Virus record (IMG/VR): IMGVR_UViG_2974624810_000001
Coordinates: 32,001 to 96,000 of that record
Direction: 5' to 3' (one strand)
Origin: a virus
Lineage: Duplodnaviria > Caudoviricetes
Length of the DNA: 64,000 nucleotides
The position numbers and the translations under genes are program-made. This document shows, piece by piece, positions 21,795-32,432 of the stretch. Under the pieces are notes generated by a model that worked only from the letters and a program-made list of their open reading frames with translations, did not search any database and had not been told where the DNA came from. Within the stretch, counting starts at the first letter, position 1, and the number at the start of each line of letters is the position of its first letter.

Positions 21795-22157
21795 GTGGCC
21801 AAGAAGAGGAGTCCAAGAGCTAAGGCATTCGAGCTGATTGGCGTATACAAAAAGCTCTATCGTGAGCGGTATCAGCGGAACCCTATGATTAACAGCAATG
21901 TTCTACAGTGGGGTTTCATGGCTGCTATCGATGACCTGGAGTACAGCAACGCAAGAAAGGCGCTCGAATACTTCTTCACTTGTGAGTCTCCTGGTCACGA
22001 CGTTCAAGTGTTCTTGAACAAGTACGATAAGCTTCATGACAACAGGCTCAAGACTGAAGAAGACCAACGAAAGCGAACAGAGCGTCTACGCAAGACGGCA
22101 GCTCTCGTAGCTGCAATGGAAAAGAAAAATGAGGAGGCAGTAAGTGGCGAGCACTGA
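21795..22157 (+). CDS. Hypothetical protein
   Basis: GGAGG RBS; precedes helicase. Confidence 0.65.
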   Translation: MAKKRSPRAKAFELIGVYKKLYRERYQRNPMINSNVLQWGFMAAIDDLEYSNARKALEYFFTCESPGHDVQVFLNKYDKLHDNRLKTEEDQRKRTERLRKTAALVAAMEKKNEEAVSGEH

Positions 22158-23364
22158 GGCAAAGCTCATCAATTCCATTTGCCGTTCAAAGCAAGTGGGG
22201 GCTCTACTTGCTGATAATGTCGATGACCTCTTTGTAGCACACAAGGACATCTGGATTGGGCTGCGTAAGTATTACATGCAGTTCAAGGCTATTCCAGATG
22301 TCTCTGTGCTTCAGGAGCGATATGCTCTGTTGGAGGAAATCGATGTTGGTGGCGAACCTGAGTTCTACCTAGACGAACTCAAGGGGGAATATCTTCGAAG
22401 CCGAATTGTCAGCATTATGGACAAGGCGGATACTGCTCTAGGTGCAGAGGCTCCAGCAAGGGTTCTTGCAAAGCTGTCCGCTGAGCTTGGCAAGCTCAAT
22501 CGATTCACCAACAATGTTCGTGACCTTGACCTGATGGATATCGAATCTGCTGAGAGGCATTTCGAGAAGGTCAGAGAACGGGCGGCAGCAAATGGTTCAC
22601 CTGGTATTCCTACTGGAATCAAGGCAATCGATGCTGCATATCCTACTGGTATGGCTCCTGGTCACCTCATCGTGGCTATTGGCTGGCCTGGTAAGGGTAA
22701 GACTTGGTTCACTTCTTATCTAGCCTGCAAGGCTTGGGAACGTGGATTCAAGCCTATGATTGTCAGCCTTGAGATGAGTCCTGAGAACATGCGTGACCGA
22801 ATCTATACTCTTATGGGTTCTGGTCTGTTCTCTGCAACGGACTTTGCTCGTGGTCAGGTCGACATTGACAATTTCCGTGCTTGGGGACAGAAGAAGCTGG
22901 CTAACAAGCCAGAATTCATCATCGTCTCTAATGAAGGTGTTGGCGATGTCACTCCTAACACTGTTCAGGCTAAGATTGAACAGCACCGTCCAGACCTGGT
23001 AATCTGTGACTATCACCAGCTATTCTCAAACAACAATCGAAGCAACTCTCCTGTAGAGCGTGCGATGGGTGTTTCACGAGAGTTCAAGCAGCTTGCAATC
23101 ACGAATAACATTCCTGTTATCGATATTACGGCTGCAACCGCTGATGATACGAACAGCACCAAGACTGCTCCGATGCTGAACCAGGTTGCCTGGTCAAAGG
23201 CTATCGAGTATGATGCTGACATGGCCTTTGCAGTTCACCGTGACCCTGACAGCGGCCTTATGCAGGTCATTTGCAGGAAGAATCGTCATGGCTCAGACTT
23301 CGAGTTTGAGATTGACGCAGACCTCGACAAGGGTGTCTGGAAGGAATCTTACGGCGGTTTCTGA
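22144..23364 (+). CDS. dnaB: DnaB-like replicative helicase
   Basis: GWPGKGKT Walker A, SLEM, DY.QL, IEYDAD, KNRHG. Confidence 0.95.
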   Translation: MASTEAKLINSICRSKQVGALLADNVDDLFVAHKDIWIGLRKYYMQFKAIPDVSVLQERYALLEEIDVGGEPEFYLDELKGEYLRSRIVSIMDKADTALGAEAPARVLAKLSAELGKLNRFTNNVRDLDLMDIESAERHFEKVRERAAANGSPGIPTGIKAIDAAYPTGMAPGHLIVAIGWPGKGKTWFTSYLACKAWERGFKPMIVSLEMSPENMRDRIYTLMGSGLFSATDFARGQVDIDNFRAWGQKKLANKPEFIIVSNEGVGDVTPNTVQAKIEQHRPDLVICDYHQLFSNNNRSNSPVERAMGVSREFKQLAITNNIPVIDITAATADDTNSTKTAPMLNQVAWSKAIEYDADMAFAVHRDPDSGLMQVICRKNRHGSDFEFEIDADLDKGVWKESYGGF

Positions 23365-23660
23365 TGCACAGCAATGTCAAAAGATTTCAGGTGGACGGCA
23401 TTATCAACGATGATGCTGATTTTCCACGGCTGAGAGCACACTACGAAGACTTGCTGATGAAGGAAATGCGCGGTAATGGATGGGTCCCAATACTTGATTT
23501 GGGTCCATACTTCTCAACTGAATATCGTCAAGACGGTTCGTACAACTTTGTGTCAACAGCATATGGAATATACGTTGGGAGGAGAAAATCTTGGGAAATT
23601 CACGGAATGATGGATGGGCGACCGGTATCCATGACTACACCGAAGAACAAATCGCAGTAG
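23364..23660 (+). CDS. Hypothetical protein
   Basis: Coupled ORF between helicase and primase. Confidence 0.65.
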   Translation: MHSNVKRFQVDGIINDDADFPRLRAHYEDLLMKEMRGNGWVPILDLGPYFSTEYRQDGSYNFVSTAYGIYVGRRKSWEIHGMMDGRPVSMTTPKNKSQ

Positions 23661-24655
23661 TCATTCAGGGTATTGGAGTAGAAGTAGATGGCGAAACGGG
23701 AAACGACTTTCTCTGCTATTGTCCATTCCACGGCAATACGGATACCCCAAGCTTTTCTGTTTCCAAGCGTAATGGTACCTACATCTGCTTCAACGCTGCC
23801 TGTGCAGAACAAGGAAATCTAACTGGTCTAGTTCAGCGAATGCGTAAGTGTAATATGATGGAGGCACTGCGATTCATCATGAAGCATAAGGAAACTCGCC
23901 ACATCTCACTTGCAGAGCGTCGTGAAAAGCGTACTGCTCGTGGTGGTGATTTCAACATCTTCCCTGATGAGCCATTCGAAAGAATGTACAATGACTTCTG
24001 GACTTATCCAGAGGCAGCGCGGTACATGGTTGAAGAAAGAGGATTTGAAGAGGAAACTCTTCATGACTTTAAGATTGGATACTCAGTCAAGAACGACATG
24101 GTGATTGTTCCAATGCACTCACCAGATGGGAAACATGTAGGTCTTATCGGTCGTTCCATTGAGGGCAAGAGGTTCAAGAATTCACCTGGCCTTCCAGTGA
24201 GCCGTACTCTCTGGAATCTGAATAGGGCAAAAGCGGCCGGTGATACAGTGGTCATCACAGAAGCATCATTCGACAGCATGAGAGTCCATCAGTCTGGTTA
24301 CCCTTGTACGGTAGCCCTACTAGGAGGACATCTAAGTCTTATGCATATCGAATTGCTCAATCGGTATTTCAATACTCTCATCATCATGACAGATTTTGAC
24401 GACAAGAGCCAGCATATCTCACCAGTGTGCAGGAAATGCCGTGGCAAGTGTGAAGGTCACAATCCTGGCAGGGACCTTGGTAAACTGATTGTGGATTCCT
24501 TTCCTCGCAAGCGAGTGCTTTGGGCTTCACATGGTTACAAGGAAGTTTATCCAGATGGAGCAAAGGACCCTGGGATGCTTTCCGATAAGGAAATCAAGAC
24601 ATGCGTCCAGAATGCTGTATCTAACTTTGAGTACAGGCGGTGGGGCTTGTACTAA
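23591..24655 (+). CDS. dnaG: DNA primase
   Basis: CPFH..DTPSF..CF..C zinc finger; TOPRIM E..FD and DFDD; KDP. Confidence 0.9.
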   Translation: MGNSRNDGWATGIHDYTEEQIAVVIQGIGVEVDGETGNDFLCYCPFHGNTDTPSFSVSKRNGTYICFNAACAEQGNLTGLVQRMRKCNMMEALRFIMKHKETRHISLAERREKRTARGGDFNIFPDEPFERMYNDFWTYPEAARYMVEERGFEEETLHDFKIGYSVKNDMVIVPMHSPDGKHVGLIGRSIEGKRFKNSPGLPVSRTLWNLNRAKAAGDTVVITEASFDSMRVHQSGYPCTVALLGGHLSLMHIELLNRYFNTLIIMTDFDDKSQHISPVCRKCRGKCEGHNPGRDLGKLIVDSFPRKRVLWASHGYKEVYPDGAKDPGMLSDKEIKTCVQNAVSNFEYRRWGLY

Positions 24656-24730
24656 CAAGCCCCTATCTGCTACAATAGACATTAGCAGGCTCCAGGTAGC
24701 CTCAAATTCATTCAGGAGATTATAAACTAA

Positions 24731-25498
24731 ATGGGAACTCTAAAGGGACTAGCGGCAATTCGTGCCTACACTGAGAAGCAGGCAGCGGCTGCAAAGGAGC
24801 GCGAGGAGCGTCTGAACGCACCAAAGGTTGAGTATCTTAACCTTTCAGATGGCCAGAGCGTCCGGGTCCGTTTCCTTCAGGAAATGGATGCCGAATCAGA
24901 GAACTACGATAAGACTCGTGGAACCGGTACTCTTGCCGTTGAGCACGTTGTCTTCGTAAAGTCTCTGCGTCGTATGTACCGTGCGACTTGTACAATTGAG
25001 GACGAGGGTCGCTGCTACGGCTGCGAGCGTGCTCGTGCTGGTGACAAGGAATTCGCACAGAAGCGAAACTACTACATCAACGCTCTCGTTGATTTCATGG
25101 ATGGCAATGAGCCAAAGACCATGATTGTTTCACGAGGCATGGGTTCAACCTTCTTCGCCCAGCTTTTCGAAGAGGCAGAGGACAATGGAACCCTTACGGA
25201 CACGAACTACAAGATTACTCGACGTGGTTCAGGTACCGACACCAAGTGGCTGCTTAAGCCTCTTAAGGATGAGGTTCTGAACGACAGCGAGGCTGTGGTT
25301 CACGACATCGACGACGAGAAGAACGGCATCATCAGGAGCTTCCCTTACGAGGCTACCAATGAGAAGGCTTCTCAGGAGCAGTACTTCAACGGTGAGACCT
25401 ACAATGACACAAAGAGCGAAGGCTCTGAGTCAGGCTCAACCGAAGATGCAAAGCCAAAGTCCAGTGGCGCAGGCTACAACATGGACGAGTCCTGGTAA
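24731..25498 (+). CDS. Single-stranded DNA-binding protein (gp32-like)
   Basis: VRFL, H..C..C..C, ITRRGSGTDTKW, acidic tail. Confidence 0.8.
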   Translation: MGTLKGLAAIRAYTEKQAAAAKEREERLNAPKVEYLNLSDGQSVRVRFLQEMDAESENYDKTRGTGTLAVEHVVFVKSLRRMYRATCTIEDEGRCYGCERARAGDKEFAQKRNYYINALVDFMDGNEPKTMIVSRGMGSTFFAQLFEEAEDNGTLTDTNYKITRRGSGTDTKWLLKPLKDEVLNDSEAVVHDIDDEKNGIIRSFPYEATNEKASQEQYFNGETYNDTKSEGSESGSTEDAKPKSSGAGYNMDESW

Positions 25499-25514
25499 TT
25501 CAGGCAAACAGGTT

Positions 25515-25538
25515 GCCCCGCTTCGGCGGGGCTTCTTG
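25515..25538 (+). terminator. Intrinsic terminator
   Basis: GCCCCGC-TTCG-GCGGGGC then TTCTT. Confidence 0.8.
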
Positions 25539-25591
25539 CGTCTCAAGGTCACATCTGATAGAGTGGACCTACAACAACAAGGAAGGTATCA

Positions 25592-28500
25592 ATGACTATT
25601 CAGCCAGTTGAACTTCACCTTCACGACCATTACTCCTCCATGGATGGAACCAATACTGCTGCTGAGTATATGGTTCGTGCCAAGGAATTGGGAATGACGC
25701 ACCTTGCCCAGACGAATCACGGTACCCTTGGTGGCCACCGCGAGTTTCAGCAAGCTGCGATGGATGCAGGTATTGTTCCAATTCTCGGTGTAGAGGCTTA
25801 CATCTCACCGACTGACCGTTTCGACAAGCGCTCAAAGGCGTCTCGTTCAGACGGCACAAATGCTTATAACCACCTTATCATCCTGGCTCAGGATGAGACT
25901 GGTCTACAGACTCTCAACCGAATCAACCGTGTCGCATGGACTGAGGGCTTTTACTCAAAGCCTCGTATCGATATGGAAGTGCTGGAGAATGACAATGAGG
26001 GTCTGATTGTTCTTTCTGGATGTCTCAATGGACTTATCTGCAAGGCAATCGAGGCCGGTAATCTTGAAGAGGCTATGGCTATTGCTGACCGATTCAAGGG
26101 TATCCTTGGTGACCGATTCTTCATTGAAGTTCAGGGGCACAACCCTAAGAGCATGAACGAGGCCCTGTTCAAGATTGCTGACGAAAAGGGAATTCTTCCT
26201 GTTGTCACATCTGACTGCCACTATGCTCGCAAGGAAGACCTGTGGATTCAGGAAGCCATGCTCATCCTGTCTACCAATCCAAAGAAGAACAAGGACGCTG
26301 AGCTTTCCAAGTCACAGAAGATGGAGATGCTTGAGCGGTTCAACTATCTGTATCCTGACCGTAAGATGACCTTTGAGAAGATTGAGATTTATCTTCACTC
26401 TGCTGAGGAACATCGTGCGGCATTCAAGGCGCAGGGATTTGACCGTGAGGACATTATCACCAATACCCATGTCGTAGCAGACATGGTCAGTAATTATCCA
26501 TTCCACCGTGGCCTTGACCTTCTTCCTCGTCCAAAGGATGGAAATCCTGATGACATTCTGGAAGAGAAGGCCCGGCAGGGGTTGGAGGACCGTGGCTTTG
26601 CAAGTGCCCCTAAGTATGTAGAACGACTTGAAGAAGAACTCGAAATCATCAAGTCAAAGGACTTCTCTACCTACTTCCTCATTGTTGAGGACATGATTTC
26701 ATGGGCCAAGTCTCAGGGAATCATGGTTGGTCCTGGTCGTGGTTCTGGTGCTGGTTCACTCGTGAACTATGCCCTTGGAATCACTGAGGTTGACCCAATT
26801 GTGGATAACCTGCTGTTCTTCCGATTCATCAACCCTGAGCGAAATGACTTCCCTGACATTGACACCGACTTCGAGGATGCTCGTCGTGGTGAGGTCAAGG
26901 AATACCTTCGCAAGAAGTATGGTCACGTTGGCTCCATTGCAACGTATGGCTACTTCAAGGACAAGGCGGTAATCAAGGACGCAGCGCGTGTATTCTGCAT
27001 TCCTGTGGGTGAGGTAAACCGAGCCCTCAAGTTTGTGGAAAAGTGGGAGCAGTTCCTTACTTCTCCTACGACTGAGGAGTTTCGTAAGAAGTATCCAGAG
27101 GTCATCAAGCTGGCAGAGCGCCTTCGTGGTCGTATCCGTCAGTCTGGCATGCACGCGGCCGGTGTGGTAATTGCGAATCAGCCTCTGGCCAACTTCGCAC
27201 CCATTGAAACTGCAAAGGACCCTAACGACGCCAATGGCCCTAGGATTCCTCTTGTAGCTATGGATATGGAGCAGGCAGCAGACCTTGGACTGGTAAAGCT
27301 TGACGCCCTTGGTTTGAAGGCTCTCAGCATTATCAAGGACACTCTTCGAATGATTGACGAGCGTCATGGTCGAAAGATTGACCTGAACACTCTTCCTCTG
27401 ACTGACAGCCGTGTGTACGCAATGCTTTCTGAAGGATACACCAAGGGTGTATTCCAGTGTGAAGCGACTGCCTACACAAAGCTGATTATCAAGATGGGTG
27501 GCGTCAAGAATTTCGATGAGCTTGCCGCTTCTAACGCTCTTGTTCGTCCTGGTGCAATGAACACCATCGGTGCTGAATACATTGCACGTAAGAACGGAAA
27601 GTCTCCTGTGAAGTTTCACCACTTTGAGATGAAGCCATTCACCTCAGAAACCTATGGTGAGATTCTGTATCAGGAGCAGGTCATGCTTACCATGACAGAA
27701 TTGGCCGGAATGAAGATGGCCACTGCTGACAAGGTACGTAAGATTATCGGTAAGAAGAAGGATGCACGAGAGTTCGACCAGTACAGGGCTGAATTCCTTG
27801 AAGGTGCGAGTAAGAAGGTTCATCCTGCCGTTGCTGAAAAGCTGTGGCATGACTTCGAGGCTCACGCCGGATACTCCTTCAACAAGTCTCACGCTATTGC
27901 GTATAGCCGTCTGAGCTACTACACTGCATGGCTGAAGAAGCATTATCCTCTGGAGTTCATGTGCGCTACGCTCAGGAACGAAGGAGACAAGGATGCTCTT
28001 ACCGAGTATCTGATTGAAGCGAAGCGTATGGGAATCAGGATGCTGCTTCCTCACGTCAATGTCTCTGATGTCAACTTCGAAATCGAAGGCGATGCCATTC
28101 GATTCGGTCTGGCGAACATCAAGTTCATTCGTGAGCCTGGAGCGTTGCAGCTCATTGAGTACCGTCCATTTACCTCATATTCCGACCTTGAAGCTAAGGT
28201 CAAGGAAAAGGGCAATGGACTGTCTGCAAGGACACTCGGTGGACTTAACGCAATTGGCGCGGCAGCGTTTGAGGACCACCCTCGCACAGGAGAAGAACGA
28301 GAGAACTATTATGAGTACCTTCGCATCCCTGCCTTTGAGCTGAAGTTCATTCCGCCAAAGGTAAGGGCTCAGATGACTGACCTTGAAGATTACAAGGACA
28401 ATGGAGCTTTCTGTGTCCTTGCAATGGTCAAGGGAATCAAGCGAGGGGACGGATGGGCACGACTGGACTTGATTGATGAGACTGGCACCGCTGGTGTCTT

Positions 28501-28879
28501 TACGAATCCTGAAACTCCTATCGAGCCAGGCCAGATGTATGCTATCCTGGTATCTGACAACCGTGTGGCGCGATTCGCGACCATGGACGAACTGATTAAC
28601 AGGATTCCTAATGGCTTCGTGGACTATCTCTACGCAAGCGAGTACGGCGACATTCCTGACGGAATGTACAAGGTTCTTGCTTTCCAGAGGTACATTACGA
28701 AGGCAAAGAAGACCATGGCATACACGACCATTTGTGATTCTGAGAAGAATCTCTATCCGGTCATGGCCTTTCCTACCATGTTCCATAAGGCGTATGGTAA
28801 GTGCAAGGATGGTGCGGTAATTGATGCCATCCTCAAGCAGACTCAGGAAGGTAGCTGGTTCTACGACAATATCCTGTGA
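25592..28879 (+). CDS. dnaE: DNA polymerase III alpha subunit
   Basis: PHP HLH..YS..DG; GRGSGAGS; PDIDTD; HAAGV; YSFNKSH; no intein seen. Confidence 0.97.
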   Translation: MTIQPVELHLHDHYSSMDGTNTAAEYMVRAKELGMTHLAQTNHGTLGGHREFQQAAMDAGIVPILGVEAYISPTDRFDKRSKASRSDGTNAYNHLIILAQDETGLQTLNRINRVAWTEGFYSKPRIDMEVLENDNEGLIVLSGCLNGLICKAIEAGNLEEAMAIADRFKGILGDRFFIEVQGHNPKSMNEALFKIADEKGILPVVTSDCHYARKEDLWIQEAMLILSTNPKKNKDAELSKSQKMEMLERFNYLYPDRKMTFEKIEIYLHSAEEHRAAFKAQGFDREDIITNTHVVADMVSNYPFHRGLDLLPRPKDGNPDDILEEKARQGLEDRGFASAPKYVERLEEELEIIKSKDFSTYFLIVEDMISWAKSQGIMVGPGRGSGAGSLVNYALGITEVDPIVDNLLFFRFINPERNDFPDIDTDFEDARRGEVKEYLRKKYGHVGSIATYGYFKDKAVIKDAARVFCIPVGEVNRALKFVEKWEQFLTSPTTEEFRKKYPEVIKLAERLRGRIRQSGMHAAGVVIANQPLANFAPIETAKDPNDANGPRIPLVAMDMEQAADLGLVKLDALGLKALSIIKDTLRMIDERHGRKIDLNTLPLTDSRVYAMLSEGYTKGVFQCEATAYTKLIIKMGGVKNFDELAASNALVRPGAMNTIGAEYIARKNGKSPVKFHHFEMKPFTSETYGEILYQEQVMLTMTELAGMKMATADKVRKIIGKKKDAREFDQYRAEFLEGASKKVHPAVAEKLWHDFEAHAGYSFNKSHAIAYSRLSYYTAWLKKHYPLEFMCATLRNEGDKDALTEYLIEAKRMGIRMLLPHVNVSDVNFEIEGDAIRFGLANIKFIREPGALQLIEYRPFTSYSDLEAKVKEKGNGLSARTLGGLNAIGAAAFEDHPRTGEERENYYEYLRIPAFELKFIPPKVRAQMTDLEDYKDNGAFCVLAMVKGIKRGDGWARLDLIDETGTAGVFTNPETPIEPGQMYAILVSDNRVARFATMDELINRIPNGFVDYLYASEYGDIPDGMYKVLAFQRYITKAKKTMAYTTICDSEKNLYPVMAFPTMFHKAYGKCKDGAVIDAILKQTQEGSWFYDNIL

Positions 28880-28887
28880 GGAGGATA

Positions 28888-29067
28888 ATGGAAGAGGCAA
28901 TCAGGCCAGAAGACATTCTGCGCCTGTTGCTTATCGCTAACGGCCCTGTCACTATCTCTGCTGAGGAGATGGACAGGGCCCTACGTGATGCAACACAATA
29001 TCAAGTGGCTGTAAGCTACGAACCATTCAAAGAAGAATTCACAATACACCTGGAGAACAATGATTAA
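28888..29067 (+). CDS. Hypothetical protein
   Basis: GAGGAGG RBS. Confidence 0.6.
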   Translation: MEEAIRPEDILRLLLIANGPVTISAEEMDRALRDATQYQVAVSYEPFKEEFTIHLENND

Positions 29068-29434
29068 CGGACTTGAAAATCTTGGCAACGACCTGAGCAT
29101 TAACGACTATCAGCTCACTGCTAATGAGACTGCGATTTATCCTGACAACGGTGAGGCAAGCACGGCGGCAATCAATTACTGCGTTCTCGGCTTGGTCGGT
29201 GAGGCTGGTGAAATTGCTAATAGTTTCAAGAAAGCCATTCGTGACGAAGATGGAATTGTGACGGCAGAAAAGGTAAGGGAACTGGTCGCAGAGCTTGGAG
29301 ATGTTCTTTGGTATGCTGCCAATCTTGCCAGTGAGCTTGGCTACCCGCTTGAGCTAATCGCAAAGCAGAATCTACAGAAGCTCAAGTCTCGTCAGGCGCG
29401 AGGTGTAATTGCAGGCAGTGGCGACAACCGCTGA
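29060..29434 (+). CDS. MazG-like nucleotide pyrophosphohydrolase
   Basis: GLVGEAGE..ELGDVLWY..N..KL..R..GSGDNR. Confidence 0.9.
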   Translation: MINGLENLGNDLSINDYQLTANETAIYPDNGEASTAAINYCVLGLVGEAGEIANSFKKAIRDEDGIVTAEKVRELVAELGDVLWYAANLASELGYPLELIAKQNLQKLKSRQARGVIAGSGDNR

Positions 29435-29453
29435 CGCCTGATATACTGAGCCT

Positions 29454-29687
29454 ATGGCAACAGAAGCATATTTCCTCCGTGGAGTCGAAGACGAACACCT
29501 ATTGGTATTCAGAGGCGATGATGCGGAGGAAATTTTGTTTATCATTGCGCGGTTGGCCGCCTGCCGCGATAAAAAAATAAAGGCAATGGCAAGAAAACTT
29601 GAAGAGGAATGGAACCAAAGAGAATATGGAAGAAATCGAAGAGGAGATTCTAGCGAAGCTAAGCCCAAAGGTTCTGGCAAGAGCTAA
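29454..29687 (+). CDS. Hypothetical protein
   Basis: TGATATACT 6 nt upstream of ATG (leaderless). Confidence 0.55.
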   Translation: MATEAYFLRGVEDEHLLVFRGDDAEEILFIIARLAACRDKKIKAMARKLEEEWNQREYGRNRRGDSSEAKPKGSGKS

Positions 29688-30633
29688 GATGGCCTCCGAA
29701 GTGCAGCTATACAGACAGCCTACTCCTAGTACTGGTCTGAATTCTGCATTGAGGGGCGGTATTGGTTATGGTCGTCAGACCCTCATTTGGGGAAGCAAGT
29801 CAGCGGGAAAGTCAACATTCTGTCTGGGAACACTAGGAATTGCACAGGCGGCCGGTAAGAGAGCGGCCTTCATTGATTCTGAGCAGTCCTTTGACCCAAT
29901 GTGGGCAGAAAGACTAGGTGTAGATACTAGAAAGCTTATCTACACTGACGTAAAGACAATCGAAGACATGGTGAGTGCAGGAGTGGAGTTTATGAAGGCT
30001 GGCGTAGATATCGTCACCGTCGACTCAATCTCAGCACTTCTTTCATCAGCCTACTTTGAGAAGGATAAGAAGGGTGATGAACTAAAGGAACTGTCTGGTA
30101 CAAAGCAGATTGGTTCTGAGGCACGTGAGCTGGCAAATGGCGTAAAGATGCTTAACTACGCCAACAAGCAGACTGCTCTGATTCTTATCTCTCAGGTACG
30201 TAACAAGATTACGACCTATGGAGCCATGCATCAGGCAACAGGTGGACATGCTGTAGACTTCTTCAGCAGCACAGTAGTGAAGCTGTGGAGTTCTGCACGA
30301 GAAGCCGACCAGATTACTGGTGAAATCTACAACGGTGACCTTGTACTAAAGGAGCCTATTGGCCGTGAAGTGACTTGGTCAATCGACAAGAATAAGCTAG
30401 GTCCGCCTAACAAGACTGGGCGATACAATCTGTTCTACGATGGAGATTTCATCGGCATTGACAATATTGGTGAGGCAGCCGTTCTAGGTGTAGCACTAGG
30501 TATTGTTGAAAAGAAGGGAGCCTGGCATTACTACGGTGACCTCAAGGTTCAGGGTTCAGACAACTTCGCCATTGAGCTGAGGGCTAATCCTGAATTGGCA
30601 GAAAAGCTGGTGAAGGAGGTTGAGGCAGCATGA
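29626..30633 (+). CDS. recA: RecA-like recombinase
   Basis: GSKSAGKST, FIDSE, VDSI.AL, ISQVR, GG.A..F, KNK. Confidence 0.92.
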   Translation: MEEIEEEILAKLSPKVLARAKMASEVQLYRQPTPSTGLNSALRGGIGYGRQTLIWGSKSAGKSTFCLGTLGIAQAAGKRAAFIDSEQSFDPMWAERLGVDTRKLIYTDVKTIEDMVSAGVEFMKAGVDIVTVDSISALLSSAYFEKDKKGDELKELSGTKQIGSEARELANGVKMLNYANKQTALILISQVRNKITTYGAMHQATGGHAVDFFSSTVVKLWSSAREADQITGEIYNGDLVLKEPIGREVTWSIDKNKLGPPNKTGRYNLFYDGDFIGIDNIGEAAVLGVALGIVEKKGAWHYYGDLKVQGSDNFAIELRANPELAEKLVKEVEAA

Positions 30634-30830
30634 AAAACCCATTCCTACAGCCACCAAAGAAGCCTGTGGATGAGGCTCCGAGAGGAGTCCTCATCGATGG
30701 CACCTTTGCATGCATGACATGTGACGAAATGTGTGATGAGGCAGAGTATTTCCCAGTAGACAAGATTCTTGTCTGGGTATGCACTCAGGAGCACAGGTCA
30801 GCTATTGAGAACTTTTCACTGGGGGTGTAA
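30630..30830 (+). CDS. Small Cys-rich protein
   Basis: GGAGG upstream; CxxC..C..H. Confidence 0.6.
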   Translation: MKNPFLQPPKKPVDEAPRGVLIDGTFACMTCDEMCDEAEYFPVDKILVWVCTQEHRSAIENFSLGV

Positions 30831-31144
30831 TGACTGAACTTAACGAAATCAAGAGAGATGGAGCCAAGCCTCAGAAGAATTCCGGGCGTGGCCAATTCCA
30901 AAAGGGTGACGCCACCCTCGGCCCCTTCTGTTATGACATCAAGGAGTTTGCTAAGTCATTTAGCGTCTCCATCGCTGTCTGGGGCAAGATTTGCACAGAC
31001 GCCTTCAGGTCTGGTAACATGATTCCTGCGCTCAAGTTGGTTCTGGGCACAGGCGACAAGAAGACTCGTGTCTGGGTAATCGGAGACGAGATGTTCAAGG
31101 AAATGCTGGAAGCATGGGAGGAAAAGTATGGCGAAGCTAGTTAG
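30830..31144 (+). CDS. PD-(D/E)xK nuclease, Holliday-junction-resolvase-like
   Basis: NSGRG...KGD....DIK..KSF pattern. Confidence 0.6.
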   Translation: MTELNEIKRDGAKPQKNSGRGQFQKGDATLGPFCYDIKEFAKSFSVSIAVWGKICTDAFRSGNMIPALKLVLGTGDKKTRVWVIGDEMFKEMLEAWEEKYGEAS

Positions 31145-31286
31145 GGTTGAGTTTATTCGCAGCCCCAAGGATGGTCAGTGGATGGCCTTTGAGAAGTTCG
31201 AAGATGGCAATGAGCAGGGTGGCCGCCGAACCCGAGAAGACATGGAGGCAATTTTCGCAGATATGTTCCGGAGCGAAGATGAGTGA
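31128..31286 (+). CDS. Small hypothetical protein (52 aa, not in ORF track)
   Basis: GGGAGG RBS; fills gap with coupled overlaps. Confidence 0.55.
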   Translation: MAKLVRVEFIRSPKDGQWMAFEKFEDGNEQGGRRTREDMEAIFADMFRSEDE

Positions 31287-31614
31287 CCTCACCCCTCTTG
31301 AGCACATTTCCAAGATTGGTGAATTCCAGGAACTGCATGATTTCATGAAGGACCCTGAGCTGGATGAGGCAATGGCCATTATGGTTCAGCTCATGGTAAA
31401 TCCCAATCTGAAGCCGGAAACAAATCAGCGACTCATTGTTCAGCTACAGGCTTACGCTGCCAAGTTCAGTATGCTTGCTGCTACCTATAGCACAATCAAG
31501 AAGGCTCCTGCTGGCAGCCCGAACAACTTCAAAAAGAATATCTACTACACAACAGCAGAGTCCATCGACAAGTTGGTACAGGCATTGAAGTACACTTTCA
31601 AACTGCCTTACTGA
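31279..31614 (+). CDS. Hypothetical protein
   Basis: Start at ATG 31279 after GGAG. Confidence 0.65.
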   Translation: MSDLTPLEHISKIGEFQELHDFMKDPELDEAMAIMVQLMVNPNLKPETNQRLIVQLQAYAAKFSMLAATYSTIKKAPAGSPNNFKKNIYYTTAESIDKLVQALKYTFKLPY

Positions 31615-31658
31615 TGTGATACAATAATAATCACTAAGAGAAACGGAATTCAACAACA

Positions 31659-32432
31659 ATGTCTGATGGACTACTAAAGATTGCTCGCCTGGGAAGCAGA
31701 GCAGACTTCGATATCAAGAAGCTGGTAACAGTTCTTGAGGAAGCCTATGTAAATTCCCGGCAGAAGGAAAGATATTCCAAGAAGGTTTCATTCAGTCCGT
31801 CCTCTCTTGGCTATGGTGCCGGTACCTGTCCTAGGTACTGGTATCTGGCTTTTGAGGGCGGAACATTTGTCGATACCTTCGATGGACTAAGTGTCGCCAA
31901 TATGGCAAACGGAACAGCAGCACATACACGCATTGAAAAGCTATTTGGCGATGCGGGAGTGCTAGAAGAGGCAGAAAAGGAAATCACCTATCAGAATCCC
32001 CCAATCAGGGGATTCGTTGATGTTATCGTAGATTTTGAAGGACGAAAGATTGTTGGTGAGTTCAAGACGACTCGCCAGGAATCATATATCCATCGTGAGG
32101 CTAATGGAACAGCCATTGATTATCACAAGGTTCAGGTGCTCATCTATATGCGAGTGCTCGGCCTGAATGATGGATTTGTCCTGTACGAGAACAAGAACAC
32201 TCAGGAGCTTTTCCTTGTACCCATTACAATGAACGAAGCGAATTCAGAATACACCGACTACCTGTTTGAATGGATGCGTGAAGTTCGTAAGCTTTGGGAA
32301 GACAAGACTCTGCCTACCCGACCATTTACAAAGAAGAGTAAGGCGTGCAAGTCATGCGCGCTATTCAATGTGTGTTGGAACGAATCTCCAGAAGGCGACA
32401 TTACTAAGGCACCATTGGAGGTGAAGAAGTAA
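31659..32432 (+). CDS. Cas4-family exonuclease
   Basis: CPR..Y, G...H, G.VD, EFKT, Q..IY, CxxC....C. Confidence 0.85.
   Translation: MSDGLLKIARLGSRADFDIKKLVTVLEEAYVNSRQKERYSKKVSFSPSSLGYGAGTCPRYWYLAFEGGTFVDTFDGLSVANMANGTAAHTRIEKLFGDAGVLEEAEKEITYQNPPIRGFVDVIVDFEGRKIVGEFKTTRQESYIHREANGTAIDYHKVQVLIYMRVLGLNDGFVLYENKNTQELFLVPITMNEANSEYTDYLFEWMREVRKLWEDKTLPTRPFTKKSKACKSCALFNVCWNESPEGDITKAPLEVKK

Noticed and set aside
31659-32432. Cas4-like gene as a sign of CRISPR
   Set aside because: No repeat-spacer array or other cas genes seen; solo Cas4 nucleases are common in phage recombination modules.
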